Part shown: positions 1 through 12,929 of the stretch, one piece after another
Numbering within the stretch: position 1 is the first letter of the stretch
Layout of the letters: the number at the start of each line of letters is the position of its first letter
Assembly: GCA_964016885.1 (NCBI GenBank)
Contig: OZ024742.1
Coordinates: forward strand, 367,722,001 to 367,786,000
Direction: 5' to 3'
Source of the DNA: Eledone cirrhosa
Taxonomy: Eukaryota
Length of the DNA stretch: 64,000 nucleotides
Program-made: the position numbers and the translations under genes
The notes under the pieces: model-generated
The model's database searches: none
Told to the model about the DNA's origin: nothing
What the model saw: only the letters and a program-made list of their open reading frames with translations

Positions 1-11
1 TGTATCATTTG

Positions 12-19
12 GTGATCAC
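12..19. repeat. Monomer dyad 1, GTGATCAC (contains BclI TGATCA); representative copy
   Basis: Perfect 8-bp palindrome at monomer positions 12-19, present in most copies. Confidence 0.95.
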
Positions 20-107
20 TCATGGCCGAATGTTCGATTGGGAAACCAGCTGGTTTTATCTGGTCCTCTATCATTTGGTGATCACTCATGGTGGAATGTT
101 CGATTGG

Positions 108-123
108 AAAACCAGCTGGTTTT
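108..123. repeat. Monomer dyad 3, (A)AAACCAGCTGGTTT(T) (contains PvuII/E-box CAGCTG); representative copy
   Basis: Perfect 14-bp palindrome (43-56) in GGGAAA monomers and 16-bp palindrome (108-123) in GGAAAA monomers. Confidence 0.95.
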
Positions 124-157
124 ATCTGGTCCTGTATCATTTGGTGATCACTAATGG

Positions 158-169
158 TCGAATGTTCGA
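158..169. repeat. Monomer dyad 2, TCGAA-tg-TTCGA (two TaqI/CpG sites; nGAAnnTTCn pattern); representative copy
   Basis: 5-bp inverted arms with a 2-nt centre at monomer positions 26-37. A perfect variant, TCGAATATTCGA, occurs at 554-565. Confidence 0.95.
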
Positions 170-3029
170 TTGGAAAACCAGCTGGTTTTATCTGTTCCTG
201 TGTCATTTGGTGATCACTAATTGTCGAATGTTCGATTGGAAAATCAGCTGGTTTTATCTGGTCCTGTGTCATTTGGTGATCACTAATGGTTGAATGTTCG
301 ATTGGAAAACCAGCTGGTTTTATCTGGTCCTGTGTCATTTGGTGATCACTAATGGTCGAATGTACGATTGGGAAACCAGCTGGTTTTATCTGGTCCTGTG
401 TCATTTGGTGATCACTAATGGTCGAATGTTCGATTGGGAAACCAGCTGCTTTTATCTGGTCCTGTATCATTTGGTGATCATTCATGGTCGAATGTTCGAT
501 TGGGAAACCAGCTGGTTTTATCTGGTCCTGTATCATTTGGTGATCACTCATGGTCGAATATTCGATTGGGAAACCAGCTGGTTTTATCTGGTCCTCTATC
601 ATTTGGTGATCATATTGGTCGAATGTTCGATTGGGAAACCAGCTGGTTTTATCTGGTCCTGTATCATTTGGTGATCACTCATGGTCGAATCTTCGATTGG
701 AAAACCAGCTGGTTTTATCTGGTCCTGTATCATTTGGTGATCACTCATGGTCGAATGTTCGATTGGGAAACCAGCTGGTTTTATCTGGTCCTTTATCATT
801 TGGTGATCACTCATGGTCGAATGTTCGATTGGGAAAACAGCCTGTTTTATCTGGTCCTGTATCATTTGGTGATCACTCATGGCCGAATGTTCGATTGGGA
901 AACCAGCTGGTTTTATCTGGTCCTCTATCATTTGGTGATCACTCATGGTGGAATGTTCGATTGGAAAACCAGCTGGTTTTATCTGGTCCTGTATCATTTG
1001 GTGATCACTAATGGTCGAATGTTCGATTGGAAAACCAGCTGGTTTTATCTGTTCCTGTGTCATTTGGTGATCACTAATTGTCGAATGTTCGATTGGAAAA
1101 TCAGCTGGTTTTATCTGGTCCTGTGTCATTTGGTGATCACTAATGGTCGAATGTTCGATTGGAAAATCAGCTGGTTTTATCTGGTCCTGTGTCATTTGGT
1201 GATCACTAATGGTCGAATGTTCGATTGGAAAACCAGCTGGTTGTATCTGGTCCTGTATCATTTGGTGATCACTCATGGTCGAATGTTCGATTGGGAAACC
1301 AGCTGGTTTTATCTGGCCCTGTATCATTTGGTGATCACTCATGGTCGAATGTTCGATTGGGAAACCAGCTCGTTTTATCTGGTCCTGTATCATTTGGTGA
1401 TCACTCATGGTCGAATGTTCGATTGGGAAACCAGCTGGTTGTATCTGGTCCTGTATCATTTGGTGATCACTCATGGTCGAATGTTCGATTGGAAAACCAG
1501 CTGGTTCTATCTGGTCATGTATCATTTGGTGATCACTCATGGTCGAATGTTCGATTGGGAAACCAGCTGGTTTTATCTGGTCCTGTATCAATTGGTGATC
1601 CCTCATGGTCGAATGTTCGATTGGAAAACCAGCTAGTTTTATCTGGTCCTGTATCATTTGGTGATCACTCATGGTCGAATGTTCGATTGGGAAACCAGCT
1701 GCTTTTATCTGGTCCTGTATCATTTGGTGATCACTCATGGTCAATGTTCGATTGGGAAACCAGCTGGTTTTATCTGGTCCTGTATCATTTGGTGATCACT
1801 CATGGTCGAATGTTCGATTGGGAAACCAGCTGGTTTTATCTGGTCCTGTATCATTTGCTGATCATATTGGTCGAATGTTCGATTGGGAAACCAGCTGGTT
1901 TTATCTGGTCCTGTATCATTTGGTGATCACTCGTGGTCGAATGTTCGATTGGAAAACCAGCTGGTTTTATCTGGTCCTTTATCATTTGGTGATCACTCAT
2001 GGTCGAATGTTCGATTGGAAAACCAGCTGGTTTGATCTGGTCCTGTGTCATTTGGTGATCACTAATTGTCGAATGTTCGATTGGAAAACCAGCTGGTTTG
2101 ATCTGGTCCTGTGTCATTTGGTGATTACTAATGGTTGAATGTTCGATTAGAAAACCAGCTGGTTTTATCTGGTCCTGTGTCATTTGGTGATCACTAATGG
2201 TCGAATGTTCGATTGGAAAACCAGCTGGTTTTATCTGGTCCTTTGTCATTTGGTGATCACTAATGTTCGAATGTTCGATTGGAAAACCAGCTGGTTTTAT
2301 CTGGTCCTGTATCATTTGGTGATCACTCATGGTCGAATGTTCGATTGGAAAACCAGCTGGTTTAATCTGGTCCTGTGTCATTTGGTGATCACTAATGGTC
2401 GAATGTTCGATTGGAAAACCAGCTGGTTGTATCTGGTCCTGTATCATTTGGTGATCACTCATGGTCGAATGTTCGATTGGGAAACCAGCTGGTTTTATCT
2501 GGTCCTGTATCATTTGGTGATCACTCATGGTCGAATGTTCGATTGGGAAACCAGCTGGTTTTATCTGGTCCTGTATCATTTGGTGATCACTCATGGTGGA
2601 ATGTTCGATTGGAAAACCAGCTGGTTTTATCTGGTCCTGTATCATTTGGTGATCACTAATGGTCGAATGTTCGATTGGAAAACCAGCTGGTTTTATCTGT
2701 TCCTGTGTCATTTGGTGATCACTAATGGTCGAATGTTCGATTGGAAAACCAGCTGGTTGTATCTGGTCCTGTATCATTTGGTGATCACTCATGGTCGAAT
2801 GTTCGATTGGGAAACCAGCTGGTTTTATCTGGTCCTGTATCATTTGGTGATCACTCATGGTCGAATGTTCGATTGGGAAACCAGCTGGTTTTATCTGGTC
2901 CTGTATCATTTGGTGATCACTCATGGTCGAATGTTCGATTGGTAAACCAGCTGGTTGTATCTGGTCCTGTATCATTTGGTGATCACTCATGGTCGAATGT
3001 TCGATTGGGAAACCAGCTGGTTCTATCTG

Positions 3030-6000
3030 GTCCTGTATCATTTGGTGATCACTCATGGTCGAATGTTCGATTGGGAAACCAGCTGGTTTTATCTGGTCCT
3101 GTATCAATTGGTGATCACTCATGGTCGAATGTTCGATTGGAAAACCAGCTAGTTTTATCTGGTCCTGTATCATTTGGTGATCACTCATGGTCGAATGTTC
3201 GATTGGGAAACCAGCTGCTTTTATCTGGTCCTGTATCATTTGGTGATCACTCATGGTCGAATGTTCGATTGGGAAACCAGCTGGTTTTATCTGGTCCTGT
3301 ATCATTTGGTGATCACTCATGGTCGAATGTTCGATTGGGAAACCAGCTGGTTTTATCTGGTCCTGTATCATTTGGTGATCATATTGGTCGAATGTTCGAT
3401 TGGGAAACCAGCTGGTTTTATCTGGTCCTGTATCATTTGGTGATCACTCGTGGTCGAATGTTCGATTGGAAAACCAGCTGGTTTTATCTGGTCCTGTATC
3501 ATTTGGTGATCACTCATGGTCGAATGTTCGATTGGAAAACCAGCTGGTTTGATCTGGTCCTGTGTCATTTGGTGATCACTAATTGTCGAATCTTCGATTG
3601 GAAAACCAGCTGGTTTGATCTGGTCCTGTGTCATTTGGTGATCACTAATGGTTGAATGTTCGATTGGAAAACCAGCTGGTTTTATCTGGTCCTGTGTCAT
3701 TTGGTGATCACTAATGGTCGAATGTTCGATTGGGAAACCAGCTGGTTTTATCTGGTCCTATGTCATTTGGTGATCACTAATGGTCGAATGTTCGATTGGG
3801 AAACCAGCTGCTTTTATCTGGTCCTGTATCATTTGGTGATCACTCATGGTCGAATGTTCGATTGGGAAACCAGCTGGTTTTATCTGGTCCTGTATCATTT
3901 GGTGATCACTCATGGTCGAATATTCGATTGGGAAACCAGCTGGTTTTATCTGGTCCTCTATCATTTGGTGATCATATTGGTCGAATGTTCGATTGGGAAA
4001 CCAGCTGGTTTTATCTGGTCCTGTATCATTTGGTGATCACTCATGGTCGAATGTTCGATTGGAAAACCAGCTGGTTTTATCTGGTCCTGTATCATTTGGT
4101 GATCACTCATGGTCGAATGTTCGATTGGGAAACCAGCTGGTTTTATCTGGTCCTTTATCATTTGGTGATCACTCATGGTCGAATGTTCGATTGGGAAAAC
4201 AACCTGTTTTATCTGGTCCTGTATCATTTGGTGATCACTCATGGCCGAATGTTCGATTGGGAAACCAGCTGGTTTTATCTGGTCCTCTATCATTTGGTGA
4301 TCACTCATGGTGGAATGTTCGATTGGAAAACCAGCTGGTTTTATCTGGTCCTGTATCATTTGGTGATCACTAATGGTCGAATGTTCGATTGGAAAACCAG
4401 CTGGTTTTATCTGTTCCTGTGTCATTTGGTGATCACTAATTGTCGAATGTTCGATTGGAAAATCAGCTGGTTTTATCTGGTCCTGTGTCATTTGGTGATC
4501 ACTAATGGTCGAATGTTCGATTGGAAAACCAGCTGGTTGTATCTGGTCCTGTATCATTTGGTGATCACTCATGGTCGAATGTTCGATTGGGAAACCAGCT
4601 GGTTTTATCTGGTCCTGTATCAATTGGTGATCACTCATGGTCGAATGTTCGATTGGAAAACCAGCTAGTTTTATCTGGTCCTGTATCATTTGGTGATCAC
4701 TCATGGTCGAATGTTCGATTGGGAAACCAGCTGCTTTTATCTGGTCCTGTATCATTTGGTGATCACTCATGGTCGAATGTTCGATTGGGAAACCAGCTGG
4801 TTTTATCTGGTCCTGTATCATTTGGTGATCACTCATGGTCGAATGTTCGATTGGGAAACCAGCTGGTTTTATCTGGTCCTGTATCATTTGGTGATCATAT
4901 TGGTCGAATGTTCGATTGGGAAACCAGCTGGTTTTATCTGGTCCTGTATCATTTGGTGATCACTCGTGGTCGAATGTTCGATTGGAAAACCAGCTGGTTT
5001 TATCTGGTCCTGTATCATTTGGTGATCACTCATGGTCGAATGTTCGATTGGAAAACCAGCTGGTTTGATCTGGTCCTGTGTCATTTGGTGATCACTAATT
5101 GTCGAATCTTCGATTGGAAAACCAGCTGGTTTGATCTGGTCCTGTGTCATTTGGTGATCACTAATGGTTGAATGTTCGATTGGAAAACCAGCTGGTTTTA
5201 TCTGGTCCTGTGTCACTTGGTGATCACTAATGGTCGAATGTTCGATTGGGAAACCAGCTGGTTTTATCTGGTCCTATGTCATTTGGTGATCACTAATGGT
5301 CGAATGTTCGATTGGGAAACCAGCTGCTTTTATCTGGTCCTGTATCATTTGGTGATCACTCATGGTCGAATGTTCGATTGGGAAACCAGCTGGTTTTATC
5401 TGGTCCTGTATCATTTGGTGATCACACATGGTCGAATATTCGATTGGGAAACCAGCTGGTTTTATCTGGTCCTCTATCATTTGGTGATCATATTGGTCGA
5501 ATGTTCGATTGGGAAACCAGCTGGTTTTATCTGGTCCTGTATCATTTGGTGATCACTCATGGTCGAATGTTCGATTGGAAAACCAGCTGGTTTTATCTGG
5601 TCCTGTATCATTTGGTGATCACTCATGGTCGAATGTTCGATTGGGAAACCAGCTGGTTTTATCTGGTCCTTTATCATTTGGTGATCACTCATGGTCGAAT
5701 GTTCGATTGGGAAAACAGCCTGTTTTATCTGGTCCTGTATCATTTGGTGATCACTCATGGCCGAATGTTCGATTGGGAAACCAGCTGGTTTTATCTGGTC
5801 CTCTATCATTTGGTGATCACTCATGGTGGAATGTTCGATTGGAAAACCAGCTGGTTTTATCTGGTCCTGTAGCATTTGGTGATCACTAATGGTCGAATGT
5901 TCGATTGGGAAACCAGCTGGTTTTATCTGTTCCTGTGTCATTTGGTGATCACTAATTGTCGAATGTTCGATTGGAAAATCAGCTGGTTTTATCTGGTCCT

Positions 6001-6040
6001 GTGTCATTTTGTGATCACTAATGGTCGAATGTTCGATTGG
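3030..6040. repeat. Higher-order tandem duplication, period 1516 bp (23 monomers, two of 65 bp)
   Basis: Identical or near-identical ORFs offset by 1516 (3368/4884, 3656/5172, 3796/5312, 3993/5509). The same diagnostic variants occur in the same order. Confidence 0.85.
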
Positions 6041-6939
6041 AAAATCAGCTGGTTTTATCTGGTCCTGTGTCATTTGGTGATCACTAATGGTCGAATGTTC
6101 GATTGGAAAACCAGCTGGTTGTATCTGGTCCTGTATCATTTGGTGATCACTCATGGTCAATGTTCGATTGGGAAACCAGCTGGTTTTATCTGGTCCTGTA
6201 TCATTTGGTGATCACTCATGGTCGAATGTTCGATTGGGAAACCAGCTGGTTTTATCTGGTCCTGTATCATTTGGTGATCATATTGGTCGAATGTTCGATT
6301 GGGAAACCAGCTGGTTTTATCTGGTCCTGTATCATTTGGTGATCACTCATGGTCGAATGTTCGATTGGAAAACCAGCTGGTTTGATCTGGTCCTGTGTCA
6401 TTTGGTGATCACTAATTGTCGAATGTTCGATTGGAAAACCAGCTGGTTTGATCTGGTCCTGTGTCATTTGGTGATCACTAATTGTCGAATGTTCGATTGG
6501 AAAACCAGCTGGTTTGATCTGGTCCTGTGTCATTTGGTGATCACTAATGGTCGAATGTTCGATTGGAAAACCAGCTGGTTTTATCTGGTCCTTTGTCATT
6601 TGGTGATCACTAATGTTCGAATGTTCGATTGGAAAACCAGCTGGTTTTATCTGGTCCTGTATCATTTGGTGATCACTCATGGTCGAATGTTCGATTGGAA
6701 AACCAGCTGGTTTAATCTGGTCCTGTGTCATTTGGTGATCACTAATGGTCGAATGTTCGATTGGAAAACCAGCTGGTTGTATCTGGTCCTGTATCATTTG
6801 GTGATCACTCATGGTCGAATGTTCGATTGGGAAACCAGCTGGTTTTATCTGGTCCTGTATCATTTGGTGATCACTCATGGTCGAATGTTCGATTGGGAAA
6901 CCAGCTGGTTTTATCTGGTCCTGTATCATTTGGTGATCA

Positions 6940-8820
6940 CTCATGGTCGAATGTTCGATTGGGAAACCAGCTGGTTGTATCTGGTCCTGTATCATTTGGT
7001 GTTCACTCATGGTCGAATGTTCGATTGGGAAACCAGCTGGTTCTATCTGGTCCTGTATCATTTGGTGATCACTCATGGTCGAATGTTCGATTGGGAAACC
7101 AGCTGGTTTTATCTGGTCCTGTATCAATTGGTGATCACTCATGGTCGAATGTTCGATTGGAAAACCAGCTAGTTTTATCTGGTCCTGTATCATTTGGTGA
7201 TCACTCATGGTCGAATGTTCGATTGGGAAACCAGCTGCTTTTATCTGGTCCTGTATCATTTGGTGATCACTCATGGTCGAATGTTCGATTGGGAAACCAG
7301 CTGGTTTTATCTGGTCCTGTATCATTTGGTGATCACTCATGGTCGAATGTTCGATTGGGAAACCAGCTGGTTTTATCTGGTCCTGTATCATTTGGTGATC
7401 ACTCATGGTCGAATGTTCGATTGGGAAACCAGCTGGTTTTATCTGGTCCTTTATCATTTGGTGATCACTCATGGTCGAATGTTCGATTGGGAAAACAACC
7501 TGTTTTATCTGGTCCTGTATCATTTGGTGATCACTCATGGCCGAATGTTCGATTGGGAAACCAGCTGGTTTTATCTGGTCCTGTATCATTTGGTGATCAC
7601 TCGTGGTCGAATGTTCGATTGGAAAACCAGCTGGTTTTATCTGGTCCTGTATCATTTGGTGATCACTCATGGTCGAATGTTCGATTGGAAAACCAGCTGG
7701 TTTGATCTGGTCCTGTGTCATTTGGTGATCACTAATTGTCGAATCTTCGATTGGAAAACCAGCTGGTTTGAGCTGGTCCTGTGTCATTTGGTGATCACTA
7801 ATGGTTGAATGTTCGATTGGAAAACCAGCTGGTTTTATCTGGTCCTGTGTCATTTGGTGATCACTAATGGTCGAATGTTCGATTGGGAAACCAGCTGGTT
7901 GTATCTGGTCCTGTATCATTTGGTGATCACTCATGGTCGAATGTTCGATTGGGAAACCAGCTGGTTCTATCTGGTCCTGTATCATTTGGTGATCACTCAT
8001 GGTCGAATGTTCGATTGGGAAACCAGCTGGTTTTATCTGGTCCTGTATCAATTGGTGATCACTCATGGTCGAATGTTCGATTGGAAAACCAGCTAGTTTT
8101 ATCTGGTCCTGTATCATTTGGTGATCACTCATGGTCGAATGTTCGATTGGGAAACCAGCTGCTTTTATCTGGTCCTGTATCATTTGGTGATCACTCATGG
8201 TCGAATGTTCGATTGGGAAACCAGCTGGTTTTATCTGGTCCTGTATCATTTGGTGATCACTCATGGTCGAATGTTCGATTGGGAAACCAGCTGGTTTTAT
8301 CTGGTCCTGTATCATTTGGTGATCACTCATGGTCGAATGTTCGATTGGGAAACCAGCTGGTTTTATCTGGTCCTTTATCATTTGGTGATCACTCATGGTC
8401 GAATGTTCGATTGGGAAAACAACCTGTTTTATCTGGTCCTGTATCATTTGGTGATCACTCATGGCCGAATGTTCGATTGGGAAACCAGCTGGTTTTATCT
8501 GGTCCTGTATCATTTGGTGATCACTCGTGGTCGAATGTTCGATTGGAAAACCAGCTGGTTTTATCTGGTCCTGTATCATTTGGTGATCACTCATGGTCGA
8601 ATGTTCGATTGGAAAACCAGCTGGTTTGATCTGGTCCTGTGTCATTTGGCGATCACTAATTGTCGAATCTTCGATTGGAAAACCAGCTGGTTTGAGCTGG
8701 TCCTGTGTCATTTGGTGATCACTAATGGTTGAATGTTCGATTGGAAAACCAGCTGGTTTTATCTGGTCCTGTGTCATTTGGTGATCACTAATGGTCGAAT
8801 GTTCGATTGGGAAACCAGCT
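6940..8820. repeat. Higher-order tandem duplication, period 924 bp (14 monomers)
   Basis: ORFs 7194/8118 and 7809/8733 are offset by 924. Variants AAAACAACCTG and TTTGAGCTGG recur at that spacing, and again at 9986/10910. Confidence 0.85.
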
Positions 8821-11360
8821 GGTTTTATCTGGTCCTGTGTCATTTGGTGATCACTAATGGTCGAATGTTCGATTGGGAAACCAGCTGCTTTTATCTGGTC
8901 CTGTATCATTTGGTGATCACTCATGGTCGAATGTTCGATTGGGAAACCAGCTGGTTTTATCTGGTCCTGTATCATTTGGTGATCACTCATGGTCGAATAT
9001 TCGATTGGGAAACCAGCTGGTTTTATCTGGTCCTCTATCATTTGGTGATCATATTGGTCGAATGTTCGATTGGGAAACCAGCTGGTTTTATCTGGTCCTG
9101 TATCATTTGCTGATCACTCATGGTCGAATGTTCGATTGGAAAACCAGCTGGTTTTATCTGGTCCTGTATCATTTGGTGATCACTAATGGTCGAATGTTCG
9201 ATTGGAAAACCAGCTGGTTTTATCTGTTCCTGTGTCATTTGGTGATCACTAATTATCGAATGTTCGATTGGGAAACCAGCTGGTTTTATCTGGTCCTGTA
9301 TCAATTGGTGATCACTCATGGTCGAATATTCGTTTGGAAAATCAGCTAGTTTTATCTGGTCCTGTGTCATTTGGTGATCACTAATGGTCGAATGTTCGAT
9401 TGGAAAACCAGCTGGTTGTATGTGGTCCTGTATCATTTGGTGATCACTCATGGTCGAATGTTCGATTGGGAAACCAGCTGGTTTTATCTGGTCCTGTATC
9501 ATTTGGTGATCCCTCATGGTCGAATGTTCGATTGGGAAACCAGCTGGTTTTATCTGGTCCTGTATCATTTGGTGATCACTCATGGTCGAATGTTCGATTG
9601 GGAAACCAGCTGGTTTTATCTGGTCCTTTATCATTTGGTGATCACTCATGGTCGAATGTTCGATTGGGAAAACAACCTGTTTTATCTGGTCCTGTATCAT
9701 TTGGTGATCACTCATGGCCGAATGTTCGATTGGGAAACCAGCTGGTTTTATCTGGTCCTGTATCATTTGGTGATCACTCGTGGTCGAATGTTTGATTGGA
9801 AAACCAGCTGGTTTTATCTGGTCCTGTATCATTTGGTGATCACTCATGGTCGAATGTTCGATTGGAAAACCAGCTGGTTTGATCTGGTCCTGTGTCATTT
9901 GGTGATCACTAATTGTCGAATCTTCGATTGGAAAACCAGCTGGTTTGAGCTGGTCCTGTGTCATTTGGTGATCACTAATGGTTGAATGTTCGATTGGAAA
10001 ACCAGCTGGTTTTATCTGGTCCTGTGTCATTTGGTGATCACTAATGGTCGAATGTTCGATTGGGAAACCAGCTGGTTGTATCTGGTCCTGTATCATTTGG
10101 TGATCACTCATGGTCGAATGTTCGATTGGGAAACCAGCTGGTTCTATCTGGTCCTGTATCATTTGGTGATCACTCATGGTCGAATGTTCGATTGGGAAAC
10201 CAGCTGGTTTTATCTGGTCCTGTATCAATTGGTGATCACTCATGGTCGAATGTTCGATTGGAAAACCAGCTAGTTTTATCTGGTCCTGTATCATTTGGTG
10301 ATCACTCATGGTCGAATGTTCGATTGGGAAACCAGCTGCTTTTATCTGGTCCTGTATCATTTGGTGATCACTCATGGTCGAATGTTCGATTGGGAAACCA
10401 GCTGGTTTTATCTGGTCCTGTATCATTTGGTGATCACTCATGGTCGAATGTTCGATTGGGAAACCAGCTGGTTTTATCTGGTCCTGTATCATTTGGTGAT
10501 CACTCATGGTCGAATGTTCGATTGGGAAACCAGCTGGTTTTATCTGGTCCTTTATCATTTGGTGATCACTCATGGTCGAATGTTCGATTGGGAAAACAAC
10601 CTGTTTTATCTGGTCCTGTATCATTTGGTGATCACTCATGGCCGAATGTTCGATTGGGAAACCAGCTGGTTTTATCTGGTCCTGTATCATTTGGTGATCA
10701 CTCGTGGTCGAATGTTCGATTGGAAAACCAGCTGGTTTTATCTGGTCCTGTATCATTTGGTGATCACTCATGGTCGAATGTTCGATTGGAAAACCAGCTG
10801 GTTTGATCTGGTCCTGTGTCATTTGGTGATCACTAATTGTCGAATCTTCGATTGGAAAACCAGCTGGTTTGAGCTGGTCCTGTGTCATTTGGTGATCACT
10901 AATGGTTGAATGTTCGATTGGAAAACCAGCTGGTTTTATCTGGTCCTGTGTCATTTGGTGATCACTAATGGTCGAATGTTCGATTGGGAAACCAGCTGGT
11001 TTTATCTGGTCCTGTGTCATTTGGTGATCACTAATGGTCGAATGTTCGATTGGGAAACCAGCTGCTTTTATCTGGTCCTGTATCATTTGGTGATCACTCA
11101 TGGTCGAATGTTCGATTGGGAAACCAGCTGGTTTTATCTGGTCCTGTATCATTTGGTGATCACTCATGGTCGAATATTCGATTGGGAAACCAGCTGGTTT
11201 TATCTGGTCCTCTATCATTTGGTGATCATATTGGTCGAATGTTCGATTGGGAAACCAGCTGGTTTTATCTGGTCCTGTATCATTTGCTGATCACTCATGG
11301 TCGAATGTTCGATTGGAAAACCAGCTGGTTTTATCTGGTCCTGTATCATTTGGTGATCAC
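7240..11360. repeat. Higher-order duplication, offset 2177 bp (33 monomers minus 1 bp), containing the 924-bp unit
   Basis: ORF pairs 7809/9986, 7883/10060, 8118/10295, 8733/10910 and 8873/11050 are all offset by 2177. Confidence 0.85.
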
Positions 11361-12929
11361 TCATGGTCGAATGTTCGATTGGGAAACCAGCTGGTTTTAT
11401 CTGGTCCTTTATCATTTGGTGATCACTCATGGTCGAATGTTCGATTGGGAAAACAGCCTGTTTTATCTGGTCCTGTATCATTTGGTGATCACTCATGGCC
11501 GAATGTTCGATTGGGAAACCAGCTGGTTTTATCTGGTCCTGTATCATTTGGTGAGCACTCATGGTGGAATGTTCGATTGGAAAACCAGCTGGTTTTATCT
11601 GGTCCTGTATCATTTGGTGATCACTAATGGTCGAATGTTCGATTGGAAAACCAGCTGGTTTTATCTGTTCCTGTGTCATTTGGTGATCACTAATTATCGA
11701 ATGTTCGATTGGGAAACCAGCTGGTTTTATCTGGTCCTGTATCAATTGGTGATCACTCATGGTCGAATGTTCGTTTGGAAAATCAGCTAGTTTTATCTGG
11801 TCCTGTGTCATTTGGTGATCACTAATGGTCGAATGTTCGATTGGAAAACCAGCTGGTTGTATCTGGTCCTGTATCATTTGGTGATCACTCATGGTCGAAT
11901 GTTCGATTGGGAAACCAGCTGGTTTTATCTGGTCCTGTATCATTTGGTGATCACTCATGGTCGAATGTTCGATTGGGAAACCAGCTGGTTTTATCTGGTC
12001 CTGTATCATTTGGTGATCACTCATGGTCGAATGTTCGATTGGGAAACCAGCTGGTTCTATCTGGTCCTGTATCATTTGGTGATCACTCATGGTCGAATGT
12101 TTGATTGGGAAACCAGCTGGTTTTATCTGGTCCTGTATCATTTGGTGATCACTCGTGGTCGAATGTTCGATTGGAAAACCAGCTGGTTTTATCTGGTCCT
12201 GTATCATTTGGTGATCACTCATGGTCGAATGTTCGATTGGGAAACCAGCTGGTTTTATCTGGTCCTGTATCATTTGGTGATCACTCATGGTCGAATGTTC
12301 GATTGGGAAAACAGCCTGTTTTATCTGGTCCTGTATCATGTGGTGATCACTCATGGCCGAATGTTCGATTGGGAAGCCAGCTGGTTTTATCTGGTCCTGT
12401 ATCAATTGGTGATCACTCATGGTCGAATGTTCGATTGGAAAACCAGCTAGTTTTATCTGGTCCTGTATCATTTGTTGATCACTCATGGTCGAATGTTCGA
12501 TTGGGAAACCAGCTGCTTTTATCTGGTCCTGTATCATTTGGTGATCACTCATGGTCGAATGTTCGATTGGGAAACCAGCTGGTTTTATCTGGTCCTGTAT
12601 CATTTGGTGATCACTCATGGTCGAATGTTCGATTGGGAAACCAGCTGCTTTTATCTGGTCCTGTATCATTTGGTGATCACTCATGGTCGAATGTTCGATT
12701 GGAAAACCAGCTGGTTTTATCTGGTCCTGTATCATTTGGTGATCACTCATGGTCGAATGTTCGATTGGGAAACCAGCTGGTTTTATCTGGTCCTGTATCA
12801 TTTGGTGATCACTCATGGTCGAATGTTCGATTGGGAAACCAGCTGGTTCTATCTGGTCCTGTATCATTTGGTGATCACTCATGGTCGAATGTTCGATTGG
12901 GAAACCAGCTGGTTGTATCTGGTCCTGTA

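Noticed and set aside
99-115. CENP-B box resemblance (TTCGATTGGAAAACCAG vs YTTCGTTGGAARCGGGA)
   Set aside because: It needs a gap and lacks the essential CGGG element, so it does not meet the TTCG....A..CGGG core.
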